This document shows, piece after piece, positions 40,022 through 49,478 of a stretch of DNA of 64,000 nucleotides (its first letter is position 1; every line of letters begins with the position of its first letter). Position numbers and translations under genes: made by a program. The stretch comes from an uncultured Clostridia bacterium (GTDB lineage Bacteria; Bacillota; Clostridia; TANB77; CAG-508). Location of the stretch: assembly GCA_944392805.1 (NCBI GenBank), contig CALXXZ010000002.1:169637-233636 (forward strand). The letters are read 5' to 3'. Below the pieces are notes generated by a model that was given only the letters and a program-made list of their open reading frames with translations, ran no database searches and was not told where the DNA came from.

Positions 40022-42541
40022 CTAAATATTATCGTTTCTTATCGTTTCTATAATATTCTTTTTATCAATTTTATTTAAAGAATATTTCATAATACTAATA
40101 ATTAATGATCCTACTGCTAATATAGAAATTATAATTCCACTTATTGGAAAAATATATGTTAGCTCTACATTAATAGAAAATGCTAAATAAACTAAATAAG
40201 AAAATAATATTCCTATAAATATACCAATAACTAGGGATTTTAACATGTAAAACAAACTCTCTAATCTAATCATTCTATTAAATTCTTTCTTAGTCATGCC
40301 AATTGATTTCAACATTGCAAACTCCTTTTGTCTAATCGCCATACTTGTAGTTATTGTATTAAAAATATTTGTAATACCGATTAATGTAGTGATTAAAATA
40401 AATCCGTATAAAAATATATTAATTGCTATCCATAAGGCTTTTTGCTCTTTTATCAATTGAGTATTATTAATCAAACTCCAATAAGAATCTGAATGATTAT
40501 CTTGGATATATTTTTCTAACTTTAAACTATCCTTTGCTTGAATATATAGGCTACACATTGAATTTTTACAAATCTCATTCATAAGTTCATCACTTATAAT
40601 AATATATGCATAAGGACCATTTGGTAATACCATTGGAGTTTCTTTAGTGACTTTTGCAATTTCCAATTCTTTTAATGTTTCATCTTTATAGAAGAAGATT
40701 TTATCCATTTCTTTATAATTTAAAGAATCAATCTCTTGATACGTAGTTTTTCCGTCCTCTGTAATTGATTGCATTGTGATATCCATCAATACTGCCTTAT
40801 CTTTCGTTTCTTCATAACTTAATCCTATTGAACTCAAATATCTTTTGTATTCTTGATCACCTAAGGAAACAACTGAAATTGTAGGATTCTTTTCTATCTT
40901 CTTTATATCTTCTGTATAGCATTCTTCTATTCCGATTATGTTTATACTGTCAATCCTACATAATTCATAACGATTTTGACTTATTTCTTCGTCATGTGTT
41001 ATTTTTTCTAATTTATTATAATCACGACTATTCACTAATATGTCATATTCTCCTTTTTCCATATATACCTCTACTACCTCTAAGGCATATTTTGTAAAAG
41101 ATATTGCAGTTATAAACAATGCTACACTTATAATAATAGAAACTACAGTTGTTCTATATCTTTTTCTATTTCTTTTAATGTTTTTATATGAAATTTCTCC
41201 TCCAATTCCAAATATTTTTTTAATTAGTTTTGATGATTTTATTTTTTTGGATTTTATTACAATGTCTTGATTATTTTTGATTGCTTCAATTGGAGAAAGT
41301 TTCGCAATTTTCTTAGCAGATTTTCTAGCTGAAAAGTATACTACTATACTGCTAAAGAAAATAATTAACACAATAGATATTATATTAGTATCAAATATTA
41401 AGTTCTTTCCTAATAAGCTTTCAGTAAATTGTTTTCCAATAACTTTAAAAAAGTAATAATTAAACAAAAGTCCTAAAATAATTCCAATTGGAATGGCAAT
41501 AACTCCTAATAGAAAAGATTCTTTTAATATACTTCTATAAATTTGTTTTTTGGTTGCTCCTATTGATGATAACATTCCATATTGTTTTATTTTTTCTGCA
41601 ATAGATATATCAAAACTATTTCGTATACAATACACTGATGTAAAAATAATTATTAATAAAATAGTTCCTGAAACCCCATATAACATAGTTGACGTCTCAT
41701 CTATAGTTTCACCTGTTTCCATCATAATCAAATTATTATTAATAATATATATATACTTATTAGTTTCATTTTTTTGAATTTTTTCTTCCGTCTTAGCTAT
41801 ATTTGGAACAGTTAATTCATCTAGAGTATGTTCATCAATATCAAGAATTTGAGCAATAGTTTCTATTCTTTTATTTAAATTTTTAAATTTAATATAAATG
41901 TTTACATTACTGTTTATAGAAAATTCTTTATCATCCATATAAGTAATAGCTATAAATTTATTAGAAATTGAGCTATTCGTTTCTTTCGCTTCTAATTGTG
42001 AGTCTGTAATATTAATAGTTCCTACAATTGTATAACTTTTAATATCATTATTTTGAGATATTTGTTCTTCATTATTTTCCAAAGTAATTTGTTTTCCAAT
42101 TTTTAGTTGTCCACTTTGATACTTCTTTATTTTATTAGATATAACTATTTCGTTATCGTTTTGAGGCATTCTTCCTTCTTCTAGTTCGATTCCTAATTTA
42201 TCTAACCCTTCTTTTGTTACTCCCAAAATTTCTAAAGAAGAATCTACATTTAAAATGTCTTTTAAAGAAATTTTCCCTAATACTTGCGTACAAAAAGTTT
42301 CTTTAATATTAGGATTATCTATTATATTATTCATTTCAGATATAGGAACATTTAAAAATTCATAATGATAATCTCCATTCATTTCTATACTATATTTTAA
42401 CATAGATTTTTGAAAACTGGAAACGATTGTTACTACACTTGTTAATAGAAAAGTAGATAGTATTATTCCAATAATTATTACAGTTGTTATTTTCTTATTT
42501 AATTTAATATTTTTAAAAATTAGTCTATTTTGTAGCTTCAT
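40022..42541 (-). CDS. ABC transporter permease, FtsX-like (MacB/YtrF-type, large extracytoplasmic domains)
   Basis: 839 aa with an N-terminal TM, large extracellular regions, and hydrophobic helix blocks characteristic of FtsX-family permeases (COG0577). Confidence 0.75.
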   Translation of the reverse strand: MKLQNRLIFKNIKLNKKITTVIIIGIILSTFLLTSVVTIVSSFQKSMLKYSIEMNGDYHYEFLNVPISEMNNIIDNPNIKETFCTQVLGKISLKDILNVDSSLEILGVTKEGLDKLGIELEEGRMPQNDNEIVISNKIKKYQSGQLKIGKQITLENNEEQISQNNDIKSYTIVGTINITDSQLEAKETNSSISNKFIAITYMDDKEFSINSNVNIYIKFKNLNKRIETIAQILDIDEHTLDELTVPNIAKTEEKIQKNETNKYIYIINNNLIMMETGETIDETSTMLYGVSGTILLIIIFTSVYCIRNSFDISIAEKIKQYGMLSSIGATKKQIYRSILKESFLLGVIAIPIGIILGLLFNYYFFKVIGKQFTESLLGKNLIFDTNIISIVLIIFFSSIVVYFSARKSAKKIAKLSPIEAIKNNQDIVIKSKKIKSSKLIKKIFGIGGEISYKNIKRNRKRYRTTVVSIIISVALFITAISFTKYALEVVEVYMEKGEYDILVNSRDYNKLEKITHDEEISQNRYELCRIDSINIIGIEECYTEDIKKIEKNPTISVVSLGDQEYKRYLSSIGLSYEETKDKAVLMDITMQSITEDGKTTYQEIDSLNYKEMDKIFFYKDETLKELEIAKVTKETPMVLPNGPYAYIIISDELMNEICKNSMCSLYIQAKDSLKLEKYIQDNHSDSYWSLINNTQLIKEQKALWIAINIFLYGFILITTLIGITNIFNTITTSMAIRQKEFAMLKSIGMTKKEFNRMIRLESLFYMLKSLVIGIFIGILFSYLVYLAFSINVELTYIFPISGIIISILAVGSLIISIMKYSLNKIDKKNIIETIRNDNI

Positions 42542-42552
42542 ATCGTTACCTC

Positions 42553-43215
42553 CTAGACAATTCTTCCATCTTCAATTTTTATAATTCTATTTGTTTCATT
42601 TGCTATTTCTAAATTATGTGTTATCAAAATTATTGTTTGTCCTAATTCTCTATTGGTTTTCTTCAATAAAGAAATAATTTCACTACTTGCTCTTGAATCT
42701 AAATTTCCTGTTGGTTCATCTGCAAGTACTATGATGGGATTGTTAATCAAACTTCTTCCAATAGCTACTCTTTGTTGTTGTCCTCCAGATAACTGGTTAG
42801 GTAAGTGTGTTCTTCGGTTCTCCAAGCCTAATGTTTTTATCAAAATATCTAGTTTATCCTTTTCTACTTTTTTTCCATCTAAATCACAAGGAAGAATAAT
42901 ATTTTCTTCTACATTTAATATAGGTAATAAATTATAAAATTGATAAATAATTCCAATATTTTTTCTTCTAAAAACTGCAAGTTCATCATTAGTTAATTCA
43001 TAAATATCAATTCCATTAATAAAAACTTTTCCTGAAGTTGGCCTATCTACTCCTCCAATCAAATGCAATAATGTAGACTTTCCGCTTCCAGAGCTGCCTA
43101 CTATTGCAACAAATTCTCCTTTTTCTACTGTAAAAGAAACATTATCTAAAGCCATTACTTCATTTTCTTCTTTACCATATTTTTTTGTTAAATTTTCTAC
43201 TTTTAATATTTCCAT
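42553..43215 (-). CDS. ABC transporter ATP-binding protein (MacB/LolD-like)
   Basis: Walker A GSSGSGKST, ABC signature LSGGQQQRVA and Walker B ILADEPTGNLD. Confidence 0.9.
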   Translation of the reverse strand: MEILKVENLTKKYGKEENEVMALDNVSFTVEKGEFVAIVGSSGSGKSTLLHLIGGVDRPTSGKVFINGIDIYELTNDELAVFRRKNIGIIYQFYNLLPILNVEENIILPCDLDGKKVEKDKLDILIKTLGLENRRTHLPNQLSGGQQQRVAIGRSLINNPIIVLADEPTGNLDSRASSEIISLLKKTNRELGQTIILITHNLEIANETNRIIKIEDGRIV

Positions 43216-43228
43216 TAGTTTCCTCCTT

Positions 43229-43264
43229 TAAAAAAAATAGGAGCATAAATATACTATGCTCCTA
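43229..43264 (-). terminator. intra-operon attenuator/terminator between the secreted-protein gene and the ABC ATPase gene
   Basis: TAGGAGCAT (43238-43246) and ATGCTCCTA (43256-43264) form a 9-bp stem with a 9-nt loop. On the minus strand it is followed by TTTTTTTT (A-run 43230-43237), then the AAAGGAGG RBS and the ATPase ATG. Confidence 0.55.
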
Positions 43265-43329
43265 TCTATAGGGGATTGAAAACTATTTGTTACCTATAAT
43301 TTCTTAAATATAGCTTACTATGTTTTTAA

Positions 43330-43800
43330 TTATTTAGTCCAGCCGGCAGTTACATTGATTCTTTCATTTATATTTGATTTGATATCGACAGTATATCTTC
43401 CTGATGGCGGAAGTGTAAATTTAAAATCCTTTCGTTCATAACCACCAATAGTAAAATACTTTAATAACTTACCATCAGGTTTGTAAACCCATACATCTAT
43501 TGTTCCTGATGGATCGTCGTTACTATAAATGTTCATTGTACTTAAGAAAAATGTTCTGCTCATTCCAACATACTTATTTAAAGTTGGATACAATGTCACT
43601 TTGCCATTTGGAGAAACTTCTTCTGTATCATAATCTCCATATGTGTCAGACATTGTTTCAACATTACTAGCAGAATTTTCCTCAACACCTAAGGCTACAT
43701 TACTGTCGTTTTCTGCCGCAAATGTTACAATAGAAGTTCCAAAGCAAATAGTAATAGTCAATAATAAACTTCCTAAAATTCTAGATAAACTCCGTTTCAT
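43330..43800 (-). CDS. secreted hypothetical protein (Sec signal peptide; beta-rich ~130-aa mature domain), first gene of the ABC operon
   Basis: Start at the ATG at 43800 with GGAGGT seven nt upstream. Signal peptide MKRSLSRILGSLLLTITICFGTSIVTFA|AEND. No known motif. Confidence 0.55.
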   Translation of the reverse strand: MKRSLSRILGSLLLTITICFGTSIVTFAAENDSNVALGVEENSASNVETMSDTYGDYDTEEVSPNGKVTLYPTLNKYVGMSRTFFLSTMNIYSNDDPSGTIDVWVYKPDGKLLKYFTIGGYERKDFKFTLPPSGRYTVDIKSNINERINVTAGWTK

Positions 43801-43867
43801 ATGATTACCTCCAATAATAAGCAATCAATCCCCTATATTCAGATAGGATTATCCCATCTTCATTAGA

Positions 43868-43896
43868 ATTTTATAATATATTCCATATTTTGTCAA
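43868..43896 (-). promoter_or_regulatory. sigma-A promoter of the secreted-protein/ABC operon (TTGACA-17-TAAAAT)
   Basis: On the minus strand: TTGACA (plus 43891-43896), a 17-nt spacer, then TAAAAT (plus 43868-43873). Confidence 0.4.
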
Positions 43897-43965
43897 TATA
43901 AATGTTATATTTTTTACAATTTCTGTTATATTTTTCCATATTTTGCCATTTTATTGTTATATCTT
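43882..43965. repeat. two ~31-nt direct repeats (TCCATATTTTG[T/C]CA...TGTTATAT[T/C]TT) in the operon control region
   Basis: R1 at 43882-43913 overlaps the -35; R2 at 43935-43965 lies further upstream. The two are about 80% identical. Confidence 0.4.
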
Positions 43966-44073
43966 ATCTGATACTAACTTTTATCATTATACGATAAGCT
44001 AAAACAACACATATGCTTTTGTGCATTTAAGCGGTAAAGCAATGTGTCGTTTTATATTTTTGCTATCTATCTC

Positions 44074-44703
44074 TTATTTCTTGTTTCTTCTTATTACATA
44101 TACAATTGAAATTATATATACTGTTATTACACATATTGGTGTAAACTTACCTAAAGGTAATCTTGTAATAGCTATAATGCTTAACAATAATAATTCAGCT
44201 ATTATTGGTATTATTAAAGTTCTTAACATAACTTTTAATATTCCTGATTTACGATATCTAATAATCATATAAACAAAAACTACTACACCTGATATTATAA
44301 ATGGAATTATATAATTTTTATACATATCCCAAATTCTTGTTTTTACATTTGTCTTAATTGCTGTATTTTCTGCTGTTTGTTCAAATTCATAATTTTCTTT
44401 TACTTTATTTACTATTTCATTTTTTTGTTCTTCTGATATAGTTTCTGCTGTTATTGAAACCATGTCTTGATAAATTTCTATTGTTTCAACTAAATTTTTC
44501 TTACCTAGAACTTGATTTGCTATTTCTTTTATTTTTTTCTCGTCTACTTTTTGTTCTACATATATTTCGATACTTTGATTTTGTTTATATTTTAGTTCTT
44601 TATTAAATCCTAAAACAATTGTTACTATTATTCCAATTACAATAATCAATGCAATTACTGAAAAAGCTAATATTTTTTTCTTTTTTTCTGTTAATTGTTT
44701 CAT
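44074..44703 (-). CDS. SecF-like (SecD/SecF RND-family) membrane protein, short/divergent
   Basis: 209 aa with TM1, a ~100-aa extracytoplasmic domain and three further TMs carrying an IRYRKSG motif similar to the SecDF YR.xG region. It sits next to a SecD-like gene. Confidence 0.35.
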   Translation of the reverse strand: MKQLTEKKKKILAFSVIALIIVIGIIVTIVLGFNKELKYKQNQSIEIYVEQKVDEKKIKEIANQVLGKKNLVETIEIYQDMVSITAETISEEQKNEIVNKVKENYEFEQTAENTAIKTNVKTRIWDMYKNYIIPFIISGVVVFVYMIIRYRKSGILKVMLRTLIIPIIAELLLLSIIAITRLPLGKFTPICVITVYIISIVYVIRRNKK

Positions 44704-44713
44704 TTATTGCCTC

Positions 44714-46120
44714 CTAATTTTCTTCTATTAATTTTAATAATGTTTTTGTTACAATAATATTATATACTGGTATTAATACAAATCCCCAGAACATTGTCAT
44801 TCCAAAATTATTTAAGTTTGTCCATCCAGAGAAGCAAAATACTAGTGAGATTATCATAACAGGTATTAAATCTAAGAATATTTCTTTATATCCATTTTTT
44901 ACTGCTTCATTTACTGAATTTATTTTTTGAACTTTATTTAATATTGCTACATTTAAAACTATATTTATTACTATTGTAATTATTATTGCTCCTATTGTTT
45001 CTATTGTTATTAGTATATTTGTATATCTTAATAATAAAGTTAATATTGCTATAAATCCTATAATTGAAATACCACTCAATAATCCTTTTAATCTATATTT
45101 TATAATCATTCCAATTAATATTACTAAAAGTATAGCTATCATTGCTAAAGTAACATATAAAGCAATGTCTGAATTTATATCATCATATATATATCTATTT
45201 GAATATACATCATATATTACTGGATATTTACCAGAATTTATTAGCATTACAATCTCTGTTGCCATTGATAAATTGTTATTTAATGTTATATTGTTTGTTG
45301 TTGCACTACCTACTGTTATTGTTATTTTATTTTTTTCTATTTTTTCAATATCATATTCTGTATCAGCTATTTTTAATACTGCTATTTTTTTTGTATTTTC
45401 TTGGTTTTCTGTTGCTTCGGTTTCTGGTGCTTCTTGATTTTCTGTTCCTTCTTCTGCAGTTCCAGTATCTTCTGTATTTTCAGCATTTTCTTTTTCTTCT
45501 TGAGCAGTTTCAATTTCCTCTATTTCATTTGCTAAAACTGCATAATTATTTGAGATTTCTTCTATTTTAGCTTGTCCTTCTTTAGTAAGTTTTAATTCTA
45601 AATATACTTGATAACTTCCTTCTGAATTCATTGAATAATTATAACTTGCTTTTTTTACCATAGAATCATTTAATAATTCTGTTTCTGTATCTTTTTCAAC
45701 TATTTTTACTTCTCCTGATGCAGTTAGATAATATGCTAATAAATCAGTATTTTGATTTTCTTCTAATTCTATTCTTATTTTTCCGTCTTCTTTATTTAAA
45801 GATATTATATAATCTTGTGCTCCCAAATTTTGTAATCTTTTTTCTATTGTATTTTTTACTATCTCATAATTTTCTTCTGTAAGTATTTCTGGTGATTGTT
45901 CTCTTGCAGCTGTTGTTTCATTTCCGTTTTCATCTGTTTCTGTTGTTGTATCTGATACTTCTAATTCTATTACTCTTCTTCCTTTAAGTTCACTTCCTAA
46001 TTGATAATCTTTTACTTTGTTTTCCATTCTATTTTGTGTTTGTATATATATACCAGCAAATGCTATTAATGATACTAGTATTATTGCTAATACAATTGTT
46101 ATGATTTTTACTTTTTTCAT
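44714..46120 (-). CDS. SecD-like (SecD/SecF RND-family) membrane protein with acidic low-complexity insert in the periplasmic head
   Basis: 468 aa. TM1 is followed by a ~290-aa extracytoplasmic domain including an EEKENAENTEDTGTAEEGTENQEAPETEATENQE stretch, then five C-terminal TMs with an IKYRLKG motif. Confidence 0.4.
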   Translation of the reverse strand: MKKVKIITIVLAIILVSLIAFAGIYIQTQNRMENKVKDYQLGSELKGRRVIELEVSDTTTETDENGNETTAAREQSPEILTEENYEIVKNTIEKRLQNLGAQDYIISLNKEDGKIRIELEENQNTDLLAYYLTASGEVKIVEKDTETELLNDSMVKKASYNYSMNSEGSYQVYLELKLTKEGQAKIEEISNNYAVLANEIEEIETAQEEKENAENTEDTGTAEEGTENQEAPETEATENQENTKKIAVLKIADTEYDIEKIEKNKITITVGSATTNNITLNNNLSMATEIVMLINSGKYPVIYDVYSNRYIYDDINSDIALYVTLAMIAILLVILIGMIIKYRLKGLLSGISIIGFIAILTLLLRYTNILITIETIGAIIITIVINIVLNVAILNKVQKINSVNEAVKNGYKEIFLDLIPVMIISLVFCFSGWTNLNNFGMTMFWGFVLIPVYNIIVTKTLLKLIEEN

Positions 46121-46146
46121 TTTTGTTACCTTTCCTTCCTCATTTT

Positions 46147-46806
46147 TTATAATAATTTTGTTCCATTTATTACAAGTTCAAACCAAATATCTAAATATTT
46201 TGCAGCATATTTACTCATCATTGTTCTATCCATAAATATTTGAAAATAGTTTAATACTGGACAAATTTCTGTATCTATTTTTAAATTTAATATTGCTTTT
46301 CTTGTTTTTTCATCTATTTTTAAGTCTGCTTCTGTTACTGCATAATTTACTCTGTCATGTATGTCAAATGTTGCAATATTATGATTTGTAACTCTATCTC
46401 TATGAACATCTGACTTATCTGCCAGAATCAATGCTGCTGATATTGCACTTACTGCAGTTCCAGTTTCTTCATCATGATTTCCTATTGCCATTGTTATTTC
46501 TGCTCTATCTTTTGCTGGCATTCCAATTTCTTTTAATATATTGTTAGCTAATATTGCTCCACTATGTGCATGATCTACTCTATTTACACAATTTCCTATG
46601 TCATGTAAATATCCTGCAATTTTTCCTAATTCTACTGTTTTTTCATCATATCCTAATTTTTCTAAAATCTCACCCGTTCTTTTAGAAACTATACCTATAT
46701 GCCTATATGAATGTTCAGTATATCCTAAAGCATCTATTTGTTTTTGCGAAGCATTTATAAATGCTTGGACTTCTTCATTTTTTATGACATCTTCTAATGT
46801 AACCAT
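46147..46806 (-). CDS. HD/HDIG domain metal-dependent phosphohydrolase
   Basis: H..H at HSYRH and HD at GYLHDIGN. Confidence 0.7.
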   Translation of the reverse strand: MVTLEDVIKNEEVQAFINASQKQIDALGYTEHSYRHIGIVSKRTGEILEKLGYDEKTVELGKIAGYLHDIGNCVNRVDHAHSGAILANNILKEIGMPAKDRAEITMAIGNHDEETGTAVSAISAALILADKSDVHRDRVTNHNIATFDIHDRVNYAVTEADLKIDEKTRKAILNLKIDTEICPVLNYFQIFMDRTMMSKYAAKYLDIWFELVINGTKLL

Positions 46807-46882
46807 ACTTTTCCTCCTTCTGCTTTATAGATTTTACTCCAATTTTGCGAAAATATCAACTGTTTTTTCATTTTTTTCCTAT

Positions 46883-47260
46883 TTACTTCTTATTTACCCC
46901 TATTATTCCTCCAAACATTCCACATATTATACCTGCTATTATTAATATTAATGATTGTGTTGACATTGAAAAATTGTGATTTATTATCCCTGATATTATA
47001 TATAAACTTATTAGATATATTCCACCTATTAATGCTCCACTTAATAAACCTTGTTTTTGTAATTTTAAACTTCCAATTGAACTTCCTATAAATATGCTTA
47101 TTGCTGTAACTACTATTATAAATGGATTTATTAATTGCTCACTTACATTTGTATATGTTAATATTATTGAAAATATAAATAAAAATATAAGAGTAGATAT
47201 TATCGATATTATTACTCCTTTTAATATATATTTAAAATTTTTTAATATTCCTTCTTCCAT
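46883..47260 (-). CDS. small 4-TM membrane protein (TIGR04086/YrzE-like family)
   Basis: 125 aa with four hydrophobic helices and a Gly-rich pattern (GSSIGS..GALIGG..GGIIG). Confidence 0.5.
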   Translation of the reverse strand: MEEGILKNFKYILKGVIISIISTLIFLFIFSIILTYTNVSEQLINPFIIVVTAISIFIGSSIGSLKLQKQGLLSGALIGGIYLISLYIISGIINHNFSMSTQSLILIIAGIICGMFGGIIGVNKK

Positions 47261-47308
47261 ATGTTTTCCTCCTATTATATATATATTCTCAATTAATATA
47301 TAATAGAA

Positions 47309-47351
47309 CTTAGACTATAAAAAATATATACTATTTTGGAATTAAAATAGT
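47309..47351 (-). terminator. 18-bp perfect inverted repeat hairpin (AAAAATATATACTATTTT / AAAATAGTATATATTTTT), likely intrinsic terminator after the birA-like gene
   Basis: Arms at 47309-47327 and 47334-47351 with a 6-nt loop GGAATT. The sequence is related to the arms of the 3753-3835 inverted repeat. Confidence 0.5.
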
Positions 47352-47359
47352 ATATATTT

Positions 47360-47905
47360 TTATATCAAATCATTTATTTTATTTAATATTTTTATTATTA
47401 TTTCTTCTCTATTAAATTCTTTATGAAATTCTTTTTTTAATGATGTTGCTATTCCTTCTATTTCTGGATTAAATGTTTCTTCATTTACATTAAATCCAAA
47501 ACTTATTAACATATATTCTATATTTTCGCCTCTTGTGTGAATTTCAGTTAGAATTCCACATATTTTCTTTCCATTTAGCAATAAATCATTTGGTATTTTT
47601 ATTTGTAATCTAATTCCATACAATTCATATATACTTTCTACTATAGTTTCTGCAATTTTAGTTGTTAATCCTTCTAATTCTTTTATTTTACACATAGGAT
47701 GTTTTATTATTGTTATTGCTATATTTTTGCTTTTTCCACTATGCCAATTTCTTCCTTTTGTTCCTATTCCTCCTGTCTGCTCTTCTGCTATTAAAATTTT
47801 ATCTCCTTGTTTTTCTATTTTTTTAGCATATATATGTGTTGAATCTATTTTTTCATAATATTCAATTTTTTGATTTATTTGTTTTTGTATTTTTTCTATA
47901 TTCAT
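47360..47905 (-). CDS. birA: biotin--[acetyl-CoA-carboxylase] ligase catalytic domain protein (class I BirA-like, no DNA-binding domain)
   Basis: QTGGIGTKGRNWHS matches the BirA GRGRxGRxW biotin-binding loop. At 181 aa it is short, so truncation or a divergent C-terminus is possible. Confidence 0.55.
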   Translation of the reverse strand: MNIEKIQKQINQKIEYYEKIDSTHIYAKKIEKQGDKILIAEEQTGGIGTKGRNWHSGKSKNIAITIIKHPMCKIKELEGLTTKIAETIVESIYELYGIRLQIKIPNDLLLNGKKICGILTEIHTRGENIEYMLISFGFNVNEETFNPEIEGIATSLKKEFHKEFNREEIIIKILNKINDLI

Positions 47906-47953
47906 TTTTACCCCTTAAATATTTTAACTCATATTTTTGCTGATTTCAAGTCT

Positions 47954-48274
47954 TTATAGCATTTCTAGTCCACCTTTTAAATTATATATATTTGTGTATC
48001 CTTTTCTTTTCATTTTTTGATATACATTTCTACTTCTTGAACCATATTGACAATATATTACTATTGGAAGATTTTTATTTTGAATTTCTTGTTCTACTCT
48101 CCTATCAATTTCATATTCTGGTATATTTATTGCTCCTATTATATGACCTTCTTGATATTCTTGCCTACTTCTTACATCTAATAATATTACTCCTTGATTT
48201 ATTTTTTCTTTTAATTCTTCTGCTTCTATATCATTTTCTTGAAAGGTTCTATAACATCTTCTTCTACAAAACAT
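47954..48274 (-). CDS. rhodanese-like domain protein (single-domain sulfurtransferase)
   Basis: ..GHIIGAINIP.. and an active-site Cys loop, CQYGSRS. Confidence 0.8.
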   Translation of the reverse strand: MFCRRRCYRTFQENDIEAEELKEKINQGVILLDVRSRQEYQEGHIIGAINIPEYEIDRRVEQEIQNKNLPIVIYCQYGSRSRNVYQKMKRKGYTNIYNLKGGLEML

Positions 48275-48352
48275 TTCTATCCCTCCTTTTATAATATATT
48301 CTTTATATAAAAAAAGAGTCTATCTTTTTAGATAAACTCTTTATATTTTCTA

Positions 48353-48526
48353 TTATTCTTCAACTGGTGCTTCTACTGGACAAACTCCTGCACATGTACC
48401 ACATCCTATACATGCTGATTGGTCAATAACGAAGCAATTGTCTCCTTGTGAAATACATCCAACTGGACATTCTGCAGCACAAGCTCCACAGCTTATACAT
48501 TTATCACATTGTATTTTATATGCCAT
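48353..48526 (-). CDS. 2x[4Fe-4S] ferredoxin
   Basis: MAYKIQCDKCISCGACAAECP ... CIGCGTCAGVCP gives two CxxCxxCxxxCP motifs. Start at 48526. Confidence 0.85.
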   Translation of the reverse strand: MAYKIQCDKCISCGACAAECPVGCISQGDNCFVIDQSACIGCGTCAGVCPVEAPVEE

Positions 48527-48563
48527 ATTTATCACCACCTCTCACATTGCTTATGTTACTATA

Positions 48564-49478
48564 TTAAATTTCTTCTTTTTGGCTTTTCTCTATTTCTTCT
48601 AATTTTTCTAGTTCATTTAATTCTTCTTGATATTCTTTTTCTTCAGAATTTGCTTGTTCTTTTACTACATCTTTTATAACTTTTATATCATTTACATTAT
48701 ATTTTTTATAATTAAAAATATCTCCATTTTTAAATTTTACTCTTACAACTTCTTTTAGAATTTCGACATTATCTACTTCGCCATTTCCATCAGGAGTTTT
48801 CACTATTGCTCCTACATTAGGTAATTTAGCTAGTTTTTCTTCATAAACTTCTTGTTCATATTTTAAACAACACATTAATCTTCCACAATTTCCTGAAATT
48901 TTTGATGGATTTAATGATATATTTTGTTCTTTTGCCATTTTTATTGATACAGTCTCAAAATCACTTAAAAATGTACAACAACATAATTCTCTACCACATA
49001 CTCCATTTCCACCAATTCTTTTAACTTCATCTCTTACGCCTATTTGTCTTAATTCTATTCTTGTTTTATATATTGCTGCTAAGTCTTTTACTAATTCTCT
49101 AAAATCTATTCTTCCATCTGCTGTAAAATAGAATAATATTTTGCTATTGTCAAATTTATATTCTACATCTGTTAAAGTCATTTCTAAATTGTGTTCTTTT
49201 ATTTTTTGATTACATATTTCAAATGCTTCTTTTTCTTTTTTTCTGCACTCTTCAGCATGTTTTAAATCTCTTGGAGATGCTAAACGTAATACTTTTTTTA
49301 ATGGTGCAACTATTTTTTCTTCTTCTATCATTCTATTTGGTACTACAACCTCTGCAATTTCTTCTCCTTGTGATGTTTCTACTACTATATATTCTCCTTT
49401 TTTTACTTCTAGCCATTTTGGATCAAAGAAATATATTTTTCCTAATCTTTTAAATCTAACTCCTACTATTTTTTTCAT
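48564..49478 (-). CDS. ricT: PSP1 domain protein RicT/YaaT
   Basis: VIGVRFK..GKIY.FD N-terminus and a Cys-rich PSP1 C-terminal core (GVCGRELCCCTFL, GNCGRLMCCLKYE). It is conserved downstream of holB. Confidence 0.8.
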   Translation of the reverse strand: MKKIVGVRFKRLGKIYFFDPKWLEVKKGEYIVVETSQGEEIAEVVVPNRMIEEEKIVAPLKKVLRLASPRDLKHAEECRKKEKEAFEICNQKIKEHNLEMTLTDVEYKFDNSKILFYFTADGRIDFRELVKDLAAIYKTRIELRQIGVRDEVKRIGGNGVCGRELCCCTFLSDFETVSIKMAKEQNISLNPSKISGNCGRLMCCLKYEQEVYEEKLAKLPNVGAIVKTPDGNGEVDNVEILKEVVRVKFKNGDIFNYKKYNVNDIKVIKDVVKEQANSEEKEYQEELNELEKLEEIEKSQKEEI

